This document shows, piece by piece, positions 49,247 to 58,746 of a stretch of DNA of 64,000 nt. This stretch comes from Bacilli bacterium (GTDB lineage: Bacteria; Bacillota_I; Bacilli_A; RF39; UBA660): NCBI GenBank assembly GCA_017548925.1, contig JAFYYX010000001.1:360852-424851 (forward strand). The letters are read 5' to 3'. Both the position numbers and the translations under genes were made by a program. The notes below the pieces were generated by a model, which had not been told where the DNA came from, searched no databases, and saw only the letters and a program-made list of their open reading frames with translations. Each line of letters begins with the position of its first letter. Position 1 is the stretch's first letter.

Positions 49247-50130
49247 AAGATGAATTAAGTAAATTTGGAAAAGTAAAAGAAAATGTCGATTTAAAAAATT
49301 ATAATACTTATAAAGTATCAGTTAATGCTAAATATTTAGTAGAAGTAAAAAATGTAGATTCATTAAATGAATTAATTAAATATTTAAAGAAAAATAAAAT
49401 TAAATATTTAATTTTAGGTAATGGATCTAATGTTGTTTTACCTGAAAAAGATTTAGATGGCGTAATTATAAGACTTAATGGTTTAAATAAAATAGAAATA
49501 GATGATGATGAAGTATATGTTGAAGCCGGAGTAATGCTACCTAAACTTGTTAATGAATCAGTAAGTAACTGTTTAGCAGGACTAGAGTGGGCATCTGGTA
49601 TACCAGGTACCGTTGGTGGTGCTGTTGTTGGTAATGCTGGTGCATATTTATCAGATATTTTTTCATTTATTATTGATATTGATGTTTTAGAAAATGGAGA
49701 AGTTAAAACAATTAAGAAAAGTGATGTAACTTATAGTTATAGACATACATCATTTAAAGATAATAAAGACATTATTGTTTTAGCAGTTAGATTAAAACTT
49801 AATAAAGGTAATGCTGATGAATCTCAAGAAATAATGAAAAACAGATTAGAAAGAAGAATTAAATCACAACCACTTAATTATCCAAATGCTGGTAGTGTAT
49901 TTAGAAATCCTGAAGGTGACTATGCTGGTAGATTAATTGAAGAATGTGGACTTAAAGGAAAACGTATTGGTGGCGCAATGGTTTCTGAAAAACATGCAAA
50001 CTTTATAATTAACTATGATAATGCAACAGCAAAAGATATAAGAGACTTAATAAAATTAGTACATGATGAAGTACTTAAAAAGGAAAAAGTAGATTTAATA
50101 ATTGAACAAGAATTAATAGATTGGAGGTAA
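49243..50130 (+). CDS. murB: UDP-N-acetylenolpyruvoylglucosamine reductase
   Basis: FAD-binding N-terminus (ILGNGSNVVL). MurB C-terminal RSQPLNYPNAGSVFRNP and the GGAMVSEKHANFIIN motif. Confidence 0.85.
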   Translation: MKDELSKFGKVKENVDLKNYNTYKVSVNAKYLVEVKNVDSLNELIKYLKKNKIKYLILGNGSNVVLPEKDLDGVIIRLNGLNKIEIDDDEVYVEAGVMLPKLVNESVSNCLAGLEWASGIPGTVGGAVVGNAGAYLSDIFSFIIDIDVLENGEVKTIKKSDVTYSYRHTSFKDNKDIIVLAVRLKLNKGNADESQEIMKNRLERRIKSQPLNYPNAGSVFRNPEGDYAGRLIEECGLKGKRIGGAMVSEKHANFIINYDNATAKDIRDLIKLVHDEVLKKEKVDLIIEQELIDWR

Positions 50131-50136
50131 GTAAAT

Positions 50137-50880
50137 ATGGAAAAGAAAAAATCTAAACGTAAAATAAATATTATTGCATTAATAGTTATTTTACTTTTCT
50201 TGTATTTGGTTTTTTCTTTTATTTATTATGTAATGACACTTCCAATTAAAAATATTTATATAGAAGGAAATACCTATGTTTCTGATGTTGAAATAATTGA
50301 AACGGCTAAAATAAAAAATTATCCTTCACTTATAAAGATAAGTAGAAGAAAAGTTAAGAAAAATCTTCGTAAAAATGAATTTATTAATAGTGTAACTATT
50401 AAGAAAAAATTAAATGGTACTATAAAAATAATAGTTGATGAAAGTAAACCTCTTTTTTATAATCGAACAAATAAAAAATTAGTTTTACTTAATGGAAAAG
50501 AAGTTGATAATAGTTCTTTAAATGATAAAGTACCATCACTTATAAATATCGTTCCAAACGATATTTATAAGAGCTTAATCAAAGCTTTTGAAAAAGTAGA
50601 TTATAATGTAATAACTCAAATAAGTGAAATAGAATATGATCCAGATATTATAAATGGAAAAACCATAGATCCAGATAGATTCTATTTAAGAATGGTTGAT
50701 GGAAATAGTGTTTATATTAATCCAGTAAATATTAAAAGACTTAATAACTATTTTAGTGTTTATGATAGACTTCCTGATGGCGTAAAAGGAACTTTGTATT
50801 TTGATTCAAATAGTAATAATAACATGTTTAAAATGTATGGATCAAAAGAAGCAAGCGAGGTTTTACCAAGTGAAAACTAA
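50137..50880 (+). CDS. divIB: cell-division protein DivIB/FtsQ
   Basis: N-terminal TM. POTRA-like region (IKNIYIEGNTYVSDVEIIE...FINSVTIKKKLNGTIKIIVDE) followed by a beta domain. Position after murB in the dcw order. Confidence 0.6.
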   Translation: MEKKKSKRKINIIALIVILLFLYLVFSFIYYVMTLPIKNIYIEGNTYVSDVEIIETAKIKNYPSLIKISRRKVKKNLRKNEFINSVTIKKKLNGTIKIIVDESKPLFYNRTNKKLVLLNGKEVDNSSLNDKVPSLINIVPNDIYKSLIKAFEKVDYNVITQISEIEYDPDIINGKTIDPDRFYLRMVDGNSVYINPVNIKRLNNYFSVYDRLPDGVKGTLYFDSNSNNNMFKMYGSKEASEVLPSEN

Positions 50881-50893
50881 TTATAATTTAGTA

Positions 50894-51487
50894 ATGAAAG
50901 ATATTATAAATAGTTTAGGAGATAAAACTCCTAAACTTTTACTTCATAGTTGTTGTGGACCATGTTCAACAACTGTAATAAATATTTTAAGTAAATGCTT
51001 TTATGTTGATGTTTTATATTATAATCCCAATATAGAACCAGAAGAAGAATACTTAAAAAGGAAACATGAACAAATTAAGTTTATAAATGAATTTAAAGGG
51101 AAATATCCTGTTAATTTAATTGATGCAGATTATGATAATGAAGAATTTATGATTGAACTTCACCCTCTAAAAGATGAAAAAGAAGGTGGGGCAAGATGCA
51201 GTATATGTATTGGAAAAAGAATGGAGTATACTGCAAAAAAGGCAAAAGAATTAGGTTTTGATTTTTTTGCTACAACTTTAACTGTAAGTCCACATAAAAA
51301 TAGTGAACTTATAAATAATATTGGTAAAAACTTAGAAGAAAAATATAATATAAAATATTTATATAGCGATTTTAAAAAAGAAGATGGATATTTAAAGAGT
51401 ATAAAATACTCAAAAGAATATGATTTATATAGACAAAATTATTGTGGATGTAGATATTCAATATATGATGAAATAGACGGCGATTAA
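50894..51487 (+). CDS. queH: epoxyqueuosine reductase QueH (DUF208)
   Basis: LLLHSCCGPCS and CSICIG...YCGCRYS Cys motifs. The start is uncertain: ATG 50894 was chosen, and an earlier in-frame ATG at 50837 overlaps divIB. Confidence 0.65.
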   Translation: MKDIINSLGDKTPKLLLHSCCGPCSTTVINILSKCFYVDVLYYNPNIEPEEEYLKRKHEQIKFINEFKGKYPVNLIDADYDNEEFMIELHPLKDEKEGGARCSICIGKRMEYTAKKAKELGFDFFATTLTVSPHKNSELINNIGKNLEEKYNIKYLYSDFKKEDGYLKSIKYSKEYDLYRQNYCGCRYSIYDEIDGD

Positions 51488-51501
51488 AGCCGCCTTTTTT
51501 T
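51478..51501 (+). terminator. rho-independent terminator (GC-rich stem)
   Basis: ggcg ... cgcc stem, then T7. It is immediately followed by TTGACA. Confidence 0.55.
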
Positions 51502-51564
51502 GTTGACATTTGTTCGATGCTATGTTAGGATAAAAAACACTTTTTTAAAAAGGGAGAGGTTATA

Positions 51565-52536
51565 ATGCCAAATTATATAATTGAAAAATTCAAGGAACAT
51601 TGTCATGATATTGTTGAAGGTAAATATGAAAAAATAGAATATGGTCAACAAATACTTACAAACATAGTATTTAAAAATGTAGATAAGAATTTTGCTAATG
51701 ATTTTTCAAATGCAGAATTAGAATTTGTTAATTCAGACTGTGTTTGTGATTATGTTAAAGAACTTATGACTAAATGTTTAAAAGCTGATGAAGATTTTAA
51801 CGAAGAAGAATCAGAAGCTATAAAATTACTTCAAAGTGAAAAAACATTTAATAAAATGACAGCAGATGAAATTGAAAAACTAGTTGAAGAACTTGGTAAT
51901 TCAAGAGGTTTTTATTATATACCTGGACTTTATCAAAGATACTTTTTCACAATAAAAGGAAAAGGTGTTAATGAATATTTATTAACAAAAGTAGATAAAT
52001 ATGATATAGCAAGAGAATTTTTACAAACTTCTGGTTTATCAACACGTGCTGAATATTATGCAGGCCTTGGAGTTAGATACTGGGATTTAGAACCAAATCA
52101 TTTAAAAAGTATATATTATAAATTCTTAAGATTAAATCCAGAAGCTGCTGTAGAGTTTTATAAAATGGTTATATTAATGAAAACTCTAGGTGCAACAGAA
52201 TTTATTGATACTCTATACAGATTTGCAAGAAATGATTTTAAAACAGAAGGTTTATTTATAGCTGATAATAATGTAGTATCTGATAGTGCTACACATACTG
52301 GTATGGCAATTGGATTTTTTGCAGCACTTGGAAATAATCAATCAATAGATGATCAAGTACGTTTATCTAATAATATGAAATATTCGTTCTTCAGTGATAT
52401 TTCTGATTCGTTAAGCAAAATTGCTCCTGAATTATTTGAAAAACATTTAAAGGAATTTAGAAAAAGAGAAATGAATAATTATTATAATTATGATTTAATT
52501 ATAGATAATAGTAAATCTAACAGAAAACCAAGATAA
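51565..52536 (+). CDS. hypothetical cytoplasmic protein (323 aa)
   Basis: GGGAGAGG RBS. No TM and no motif recognised. Confidence 0.5.
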   Translation: MPNYIIEKFKEHCHDIVEGKYEKIEYGQQILTNIVFKNVDKNFANDFSNAELEFVNSDCVCDYVKELMTKCLKADEDFNEEESEAIKLLQSEKTFNKMTADEIEKLVEELGNSRGFYYIPGLYQRYFFTIKGKGVNEYLLTKVDKYDIAREFLQTSGLSTRAEYYAGLGVRYWDLEPNHLKSIYYKFLRLNPEAAVEFYKMVILMKTLGATEFIDTLYRFARNDFKTEGLFIADNNVVSDSATHTGMAIGFFAALGNNQSIDDQVRLSNNMKYSFFSDISDSLSKIAPELFEKHLKEFRKREMNNYYNYDLIIDNSKSNRKPR

Positions 52537-52555
52537 TAATATCTTGGTTTTTTTG
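52524..52555 (+). terminator. rho-independent terminator
   Basis: Stem aaaccaagat pairs with atcttggttt, followed by T7. Confidence 0.7.
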
Positions 52556-52730
52556 TGCACTAAATATAGTATTATCTATTGTATTTAAGCATATTATTTG
52601 ATAAAATACTATTGGCCTTAAAAAAAGGAAAAAATACACATTAATGGGGATTATTTATATCGAGTGCCAGAATTGGTGTTATAGATGAGGAGATCCATTA
52701 AGCGGAAAAAAACGAAGGAGGATGAAATTT

Positions 52731-53711
52731 ATGGCTGTAGTTTCTATGAGTTATTTATTAGAAGCTGGGGTTCATTTCGGTCATCAAACTAAAAGATGGA
52801 ACCCTAAAATGAAGGAGTATATTTATACTTCTAGAGATGATATTTATATTATCGATTTACAAAAGACACAAGCTTTAATCGAAGAAGCTTATGCAGAAAT
52901 CAAAAGTATCGCAGATAACGGAGGAAGTTTCCTATTTGTTGGTACTAAAAAACAAGCTAGCGAAGTAGCTAAGGAAGAAGCAATAAGATCTGAGTCTTAT
53001 TACGTAACTGAAAGATGGTTAGGTGGTACACTTACAAACTTCAGAACTATCAGAAGTCGTGTTAAGAGAATGGAACAAATTGAAAAAATGGAAGAAGACG
53101 GAAAATTTGACTTACTTCCTAAGAAAGAAGTTATTGGTCTTAAAAAAGAACATGACAAACTAGAAAAAATCTTAGGTGGTATTCGTGAAATGGTTAAACT
53201 TCCTCAAGCAATTATTATTGTTGATCCTAAGAAGGAAGCTAACGCTATCCATGAAGCAAGAAAATTAAATATACCTGTATTTGGTATTGTTGATACAAAC
53301 TGTGATCCAGATGACGTTGACTATGTAATTCCTGGTAATGACGATGCTGTTAGATCAGTAAAAGTTATTCTAGGAGTACTTGCAAATGCTATTTGTGAAT
53401 CTAAAGGTTTAGAAATTGTTGATTATGTAACTGAAGATGAAACTAAAGTTAAAGCTGCTAAAGCAGAAAAAACTGAAGAAGTAAAAGAAGAAAAAGTTGA
53501 AAAGAAAGCTCCTGCTAAAAAAGAAGAAAAAGTAGAAGAAAAAGAAGAAGTTAAAGAAGAAAAACCTGCTAAAAAAGCAGCTGTTAAAAAGGAAGAAAAA
53601 GAAGATTTATCTTCTAAAACTTTAACTGAACTTAAAGCTATCGCTAAAGAAAAAGGCGTTAAAGGTTACTCAACAATGAAAAAAGACGAACTTGTAAAAG
53701 TTCTTGGATAA
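52731..53711 (+). CDS. rpsB: 30S ribosomal protein S2 with C-terminal KE-rich/Rho-N-like extension
   Basis: [27 protein letters not shown]... is canonical S2 through about residue 245. It is then followed by [19 protein letters not shown]... and a terminal [37 protein letters not shown] 52731 sits 9 nt after GAAGGAGG. Confidence 0.9.
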   Translation: MAVVSMSYLLEAGVHFGHQTKRWNPKMKEYIYTSRDDIYIIDLQKTQALIEEAYAEIKSIADNGGSFLFVGTKKQASEVAKEEAIRSESYYVTERWLGGTLTNFRTIRSRVKRMEQIEKMEEDGKFDLLPKKEVIGLKKEHDKLEKILGGIREMVKLPQAIIIVDPKKEANAIHEARKLNIPVFGIVDTNCDPDDVDYVIPGNDDAVRSVKVILGVLANAICESKGLEIVDYVTEDETKVKAAKAEKTEEVKEEKVEKKAPAKKEEKVEEKEEVKEEKPAKKAAVKKEEKEDLSSKTLTELKAIAKEKGVKGYSTMKKDELVKVLG

Positions 53712-53734
53712 TAAAGAGAAGGGATTAATTAATT

Positions 53735-54619
53735 ATGGAAATAACTGCTAGTATGGTTAAAGAATTACGTGAAGCAACAGGCGCTGGAATGATGGATTGT
53801 AAAAAAGCCCTAAGCGAATGTAATGGAAATATGGATGAAGCTGCAAACTGGCTTCGTGAAAAAGGTATTGCTAAATCAGCAAAAAAAGAATCAAGAATTG
53901 CTGCTGAAGGACTTGCAAATATCTATATTGAAGGAAATAAAGCTGTTATTTTAGAAGTTAACTCTGAAACAGACTTCGTTTCTAAAAATGAAGAATTTAA
54001 AGCAATGATCGATGAAATTGGTAATGCTATATTAAAAGGTTCTGCTAAAACAATGGATGAAGCATTAGCTTTACCATCTGCTGAAGGAACTGTTCAAGAT
54101 TTAATCGTTGCAAAAGTTGCAAAGATTGGTGAGAAGTTATCATTTAGAAGATTTGAAGTAGTTGAAAAAACTGATGCAGATAACTTTGGAGCATACTTAC
54201 ATATGGGTGGAAAAATTGCAGTTTTAGTTGTTGTTGAAGGAGCTACTGAAGAAGTAGCTAAAGATGTTGCAATGCAAGCTGCTGCTATGAAACCTAAATA
54301 TGTATTTGTAGAAGATGTACCAGCTGACGTTTTAGAAGAAGAAAAGAAAGTATTAAAAGAACAAGCTATGAATGAAGGTAAACCTGCAGAAATAGCTGAA
54401 AAAATGGTTGCTGGTAGAATTAATAAATTCTATAAAGAAATTTGTTTAACTAAACAAGCATTCATCAAAGATGGTGACATCGATGTTGAAACTTATGTTA
54501 AAAACAATAAAGGTTCTATTAAATCTATGGTACGTTACGAAGTAGGCGAAGGAATGCAAAAAAGAGAAGACAACTTTGCTGAAGAAGTAATGAACCAAGT
54601 TAACGGAACTAATGAATAA
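53735..54619 (+). CDS. tsf: elongation factor Ts
   Basis: UBA-like N-terminus ITASMVKELREATGAGMMDCKKAL with a dimerisation core. Confidence 0.9.
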   Translation: MEITASMVKELREATGAGMMDCKKALSECNGNMDEAANWLREKGIAKSAKKESRIAAEGLANIYIEGNKAVILEVNSETDFVSKNEEFKAMIDEIGNAILKGSAKTMDEALALPSAEGTVQDLIVAKVAKIGEKLSFRRFEVVEKTDADNFGAYLHMGGKIAVLVVVEGATEEVAKDVAMQAAAMKPKYVFVEDVPADVLEEEKKVLKEQAMNEGKPAEIAEKMVAGRINKFYKEICLTKQAFIKDGDIDVETYVKNNKGSIKSMVRYEVGEGMQKREDNFAEEVMNQVNGTNE

Positions 54620-54625
54620 ATAAAT

Positions 54626-54656
54626 TAAGCACTTTACAATAAAAGTGCTTTTTTAT
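54626..54656 (+). terminator. rho-independent terminator after tsf
   Basis: Stem aagcacttt pairs with aaagtgctt, followed by T6. Confidence 0.7.
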
Positions 54657-54706
54657 TTGTTATTAATAGTACTTATAATCTATAATTAAACTAGGGTGAG
54701 ATGCTA

Positions 54707-55708
54707 ATGAAACTATTTACATCATATACATTTTTACTTAAAAATATGGTTGATGATTTAAATAAAAAGTTTGATGATGCAAGCGAAATATTTGATCAAT
54801 TTAATGATGGAGGTTTTGTAAGCGTATTATTTATATTATTAGTATTATTTATTGTTCAGATTATAATAGTTACAATATTTAATTATAGTAAAAGAAGAGA
54901 AATCTCATTAGAAAAAAAATTAAGAACTAAAAATACTTCAAGTGAAATTCCTTGTAAGGGTGATTTATATATTACATATTTTATTGCATCTAAATGTAAC
55001 CTTGCTGATTATCTTTCACTTAAAGGAAATTTAATTTCATCATTTTATTTAAAATGGCTTAAAAAAGGCTTATTAAAAATAGATAAATCTGATGCTAAAG
55101 ACAAACAAGCAATTCTTTATTTTGATGACAAAGCTGCAAATTGTATTGATGATGAAGTAGAAGCTGAATTATATACCATTACAAAAAATGTTTTAGATGC
55201 AAGTGGAGCAAATTATTTTAAAGCTGATGATTTAGTAAGTTATATGACTAATAATAATGAAGATGTAATTAACTTTTTTGAACATGCATATTATAAAGGT
55301 AAAAAAAGAGTTTATGCTGCTATAACACCAGTATCAGAAAAAGTTACAAGAGTTGATAATCGCATCTTAACTGAATACATGTTAGAACTAAAAAAACAAA
55401 TTGTTGAATTTATTAACTTTATTAATAAAGTAGATATCTTAGATAACTATGAATTCGAATCAGTAAAAGTATGGGATAATTACTACATATTTGCTAATTT
55501 ACTTGGACTTAGAGATAAGATTAAAGATGGTAGATTTAAAGATAAAGTTAATCCAAATTTAATCAAGTTAAAATATACAAGAACATTTGAAAATATTGAT
55601 AACATTGTTCATGTTAATGTTTTATGTAGTGAAAAAGAATATAAAAATAATAAAAGAAAAATTATTAAATCAAAACGTAATTATGAAAAAGAAACTAATA
55701 ATAATTAA
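54707..55708 (+). CDS. membrane-anchored protein of unknown function (island paralogue A)
   Basis: N-terminal TM (FVSVLFILLVLFIVQIIIVTIF). Shares conserved blocks with the next gene (PCKGDLYITYFIASKCNLADYLSLKGNLISSFYLKWLKKGLLK and LELKKQIVEF). GGGTGAG SD. Confidence 0.5.
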   Translation: MKLFTSYTFLLKNMVDDLNKKFDDASEIFDQFNDGGFVSVLFILLVLFIVQIIIVTIFNYSKRREISLEKKLRTKNTSSEIPCKGDLYITYFIASKCNLADYLSLKGNLISSFYLKWLKKGLLKIDKSDAKDKQAILYFDDKAANCIDDEVEAELYTITKNVLDASGANYFKADDLVSYMTNNNEDVINFFEHAYYKGKKRVYAAITPVSEKVTRVDNRILTEYMLELKKQIVEFINFINKVDILDNYEFESVKVWDNYYIFANLLGLRDKIKDGRFKDKVNPNLIKLKYTRTFENIDNIVHVNVLCSEKEYKNNKRKIIKSKRNYEKETNNN

Positions 55709-55725
55709 AAATGGTGGTGTATAAG

Positions 55726-56700
55726 ATGTACATTTTGGGTAAATTAAATGAACTTGATAAAGTATCAGAATTTATGAATTTTATAAAAGATCATAAAGGA
55801 TTAATTATATTTATATTTATGGCAGTACTTATTCTAGTAATTGTTTATTATATATTTATAATGTTTACTGATAAAACTAAAGAAAATACTAATATAGTAG
55901 ATGAAAATACTGAAACAAAAGAGTATTTGAAAGATGTACCATGTAAGGGAGATTTGTTTATTACATATTTTGTTTTATCTAAAAGTAATTTAATAGATTA
56001 TTTAACAGTTAAAGGTAATTTTATTTCTTCTATATATTTATCATGGATAAAAAAAGGACTTATCAAAACCAAGTCTATAGATAAGGGAGATAATCAATTA
56101 AATCTTTATTTTGATAACACAAATATAACTGCTATAGATAGTGAGATAGAGAAAAAATTATATGAATCAATAAAAAATGGTATTACAGTAAATCAAACAG
56201 GTGTATTTAAACTAGATGAATTAGTTAAATCATTAGTTAGTAGTAATCAAATAATCGTTAACTTCTTAAAAGAATCTTATGAAGAAGGTAAGAAAAGAAT
56301 TATCAAAACGCTTACTAATTCTTATGAATTAAATGAAGATTATAATGTTGAACCTTGCGTCCAAGAACTAAAAAAACAAATAGTATCATTTCAAAATTAT
56401 TTAATTAATTTTGCAAATGGTCCAGAAAATGAATCTGCATCAGTTTATGTACTTGATAATTATTATGAGTTTTCAAAATTTTTAGATATTCATGAAAATA
56501 TTAAAAATACATGGATTAGTAATAAGGTAAATGCTGACATGGTTAAAGTTGCTTGCACTGATTTATTTAGTAATATTAATGAATATGCACACACAAATAA
56601 TTTGTATTCTGATACCGAACTTAAAAAACATAAAAAAGCCATAAAAAAATCAGAAAAAGCATTTAATAATGTTCAAAAGAAAGAATTTTTTCATGCTTAA
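55726..56700 (+). CDS. membrane-anchored protein of unknown function (island paralogue B)
   Basis: N-terminal TM (GLIIFIFMAVLILVIVYYIFIMF). Blocks PCKGDLFITYFVLSKSNLIDYLTVKGNFISSIYLSWIKKGLIK and QELKKQIVSF. GGTGGTG SD 6 nt upstream. Confidence 0.5.
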   Translation: MYILGKLNELDKVSEFMNFIKDHKGLIIFIFMAVLILVIVYYIFIMFTDKTKENTNIVDENTETKEYLKDVPCKGDLFITYFVLSKSNLIDYLTVKGNFISSIYLSWIKKGLIKTKSIDKGDNQLNLYFDNTNITAIDSEIEKKLYESIKNGITVNQTGVFKLDELVKSLVSSNQIIVNFLKESYEEGKKRIIKTLTNSYELNEDYNVEPCVQELKKQIVSFQNYLINFANGPENESASVYVLDNYYEFSKFLDIHENIKNTWISNKVNADMVKVACTDLFSNINEYAHTNNLYSDTELKKHKKAIKKSEKAFNNVQKKEFFHA

Positions 56701-56705
56701 TAAAT

Positions 56706-56736
56706 TAGACACTTTAAAAGTAAAGTGTCTTTTTGT
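56706..56736 (+). terminator. rho-independent terminator
   Basis: Stem agacacttta pairs with taaagtgtct, followed by T4. This is a weak T-run, so read-through is likely. Confidence 0.55.
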
Positions 56737-56789
56737 TTCTTTATTTAAATATAGATAAATAGTATAATATTATGTAAGGTGAAATTTAT

Positions 56790-57365
56790 ATGAAAAAATT
56801 GCTTAAATTTATTATATTTATTTTATTAATTATTTTATTTATATATTTTGGAACTAAAGAATATAAAAGTAATTATAAGAAAGACGTTGAAGGAAAAAAT
56901 GCTAGTAGCACTTTACTAAGTGGTGATTATGTTTTTGTTGGATTAAATCATTCAAAAGTATTAAATAAATTATCAACTAAGAATAGTTCAATTATTTATG
57001 CTTGTATTGATGGAAATAAATTATGCGTTAAATATGGTTTTTTAATTGATGAAGTAGCAAAATCTTATGGAATAGATACAGTATATTATTATGATATTAA
57101 AGAAGATAGACAAAACAATAATGGAACATATCAAAAGATTGTTAATAAATTAAAATCTTATGCAATAACTGATGATACAGGTAAACAAAACTTATATGCA
57201 CCAACTTTAATTTTTATTAAAAATGGAGATATATATGCTTTTGATGATTCACTATCTATAGTTCATGGAAATAAAGATATTGATGAATTATGGAATGAAG
57301 AATTAGTTAATGCTAAAAAAGCTTATCTAACTGAAGTAATGGAAGGATATATTAGTAATGAATAG
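56790..57365 (+). CDS. membrane-anchored protein with possible thioredoxin-like fold
   Basis: N-terminal TM/signal. A cis-Pro-like APTLIFIKNGDIYAF block resembles thioredoxin vPTlllFknGe. The upstream Cys pair is CIDGNKLC (CX5C) rather than CXXC. Confidence 0.45.
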   Translation: MKKLLKFIIFILLIILFIYFGTKEYKSNYKKDVEGKNASSTLLSGDYVFVGLNHSKVLNKLSTKNSSIIYACIDGNKLCVKYGFLIDEVAKSYGIDTVYYYDIKEDRQNNNGTYQKIVNKLKSYAITDDTGKQNLYAPTLIFIKNGDIYAFDDSLSIVHGNKDIDELWNEELVNAKKAYLTEVMEGYISNE

Positions 57366-58128
57366 ATACCTTGAAAGAAAAAAAGATTTTATCGGGGGAA
57401 TTACATTTATTATTTTTGTTGCTGTTTTAATTGTTGGAGGATTCTTCTTAACAAGATATCTAACAAGTGAAAAAGAACATAAAAAAGTTGTTCAAAGTGA
57501 AATAGATAAACTTAAAATTGATTCTAAAAAAGATTTAGTATACTATGAAAATGAAATTATACTATCTCCAGATCCAGATATTATTCATAAGGATATCATT
57601 ATTAATTTAAAAGAAGCAGATACAGTTAATGAACTTTTAAAAAAATCAATGGATAATATTAGAAATAGTGTTAAGAAAAAAGGCGAAGTAGAAATTGATT
57701 CAAGTAAAGAATTACTATATGATATTGATATTATTTCTACAAAAGAAAGAAACTATACCGTATATGAATCTTTAAAATATTTAAGTGTTCTTGTTACAGA
57801 TAGTGATTTTACTTGTTATAATGGTAGCACTATAACAAGTCAAACAGCATATACATTTAGTTTATCAACAGGTAAAAGATTATCAAATGATACTTTAATT
57901 GGTTATGCTGGTTTATCAATTGATGATATAAAAAATAAAGTTAGAAATAAACTTGAAGAAGATCAAAAAGATTTACATGATGGTGAAACCATAAATATTG
58001 ATGAGACAATTAATTTAATTAACATAAAAGATTTAGTTATTTATACTAATAAAACTGGTAAGATTGTTATATCTTTTGTTGTAAAAACTAATGATGATAG
58101 TTATAATGATACTATAGAACTTAATTAA
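57358..58128 (+). CDS. membrane-anchored protein of unknown function
   Basis: Overlaps the upstream gene by 8 nt. One N-terminal TM (FIGGITFIIFVAVLIVGGFFL), then about 220 aa extracytoplasmic. Confidence 0.45.
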   Translation: MNRYLERKKDFIGGITFIIFVAVLIVGGFFLTRYLTSEKEHKKVVQSEIDKLKIDSKKDLVYYENEIILSPDPDIIHKDIIINLKEADTVNELLKKSMDNIRNSVKKKGEVEIDSSKELLYDIDIISTKERNYTVYESLKYLSVLVTDSDFTCYNGSTITSQTAYTFSLSTGKRLSNDTLIGYAGLSIDDIKNKVRNKLEEDQKDLHDGETINIDETINLINIKDLVIYTNKTGKIVISFVVKTNDDSYNDTIELN

Positions 58129-58142
58129 AGGAGGTTTTATAT

Positions 58143-58679
58143 ATGGATATTAATGAATATGAACTTAAAATGATGAAAGCCATTGAAACTATGGATTCAA
58201 GACTTTTAAATATTAGAGCGGGTCGTGCAAACCCTGCAATGCTAAATGGTATTCAAGCAGAATACTATGGAACACCAACTCCAATTCAATCACTTGCAAA
58301 TATTACAGTTCCAGAAGCAAGACAATTGTTTATTAAGCCTTTTGATAAATCAGCTTTAAAAGATATTGAAAGAGCAATAAATGAAGCTAACTTAGGTATT
58401 ACACCAACTAATAATGGAGAAATGATTATTTTAACTATTCCAGAACTTAATGAAGAAAGAAGAAGAGAATATGTTAAACAAGCTAAACAAATTGGTGAAG
58501 ATGGAAAAGTTGCAGTAAGAAACGTAAGACAAGATGCTAATAATGATCTTAAAAAACTAGAACTTCCAGAAGATGAAGAAAAACTTTACCAAGAAGATAT
58601 TCAAGAACTTACAAATAAATACAACAAGATTATTGAAGACAAAATTAAAGAAAAAGAAGAAGAACTAATGCAAGTTTAG
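58143..58679 (+). CDS. frr: ribosome recycling factor
   Basis: RLLNIRAGRANPAMLNGIQAEYYGTPTPIQSLANITVPEARQL...VRNVRQDANNDLKKL is canonical RRF. AAAGGAGG RBS. Confidence 0.9.
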   Translation: MDINEYELKMMKAIETMDSRLLNIRAGRANPAMLNGIQAEYYGTPTPIQSLANITVPEARQLFIKPFDKSALKDIERAINEANLGITPTNNGEMIILTIPELNEERRREYVKQAKQIGEDGKVAVRNVRQDANNDLKKLELPEDEEKLYQEDIQELTNKYNKIIEDKIKEKEEELMQV

Positions 58680-58689
58680 TTCTTTTTTA
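58661..58689 (+). terminator. rho-independent terminator after frr
   Basis: Stem gaactaa pairs with ttagttc, followed by T6. Confidence 0.55.
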
Positions 58690-58746
58690 TTTTACTTTTT
58701 AAAATACTTAATGTATTATATATATCAATAAAAAGGAAGTGTTTTA

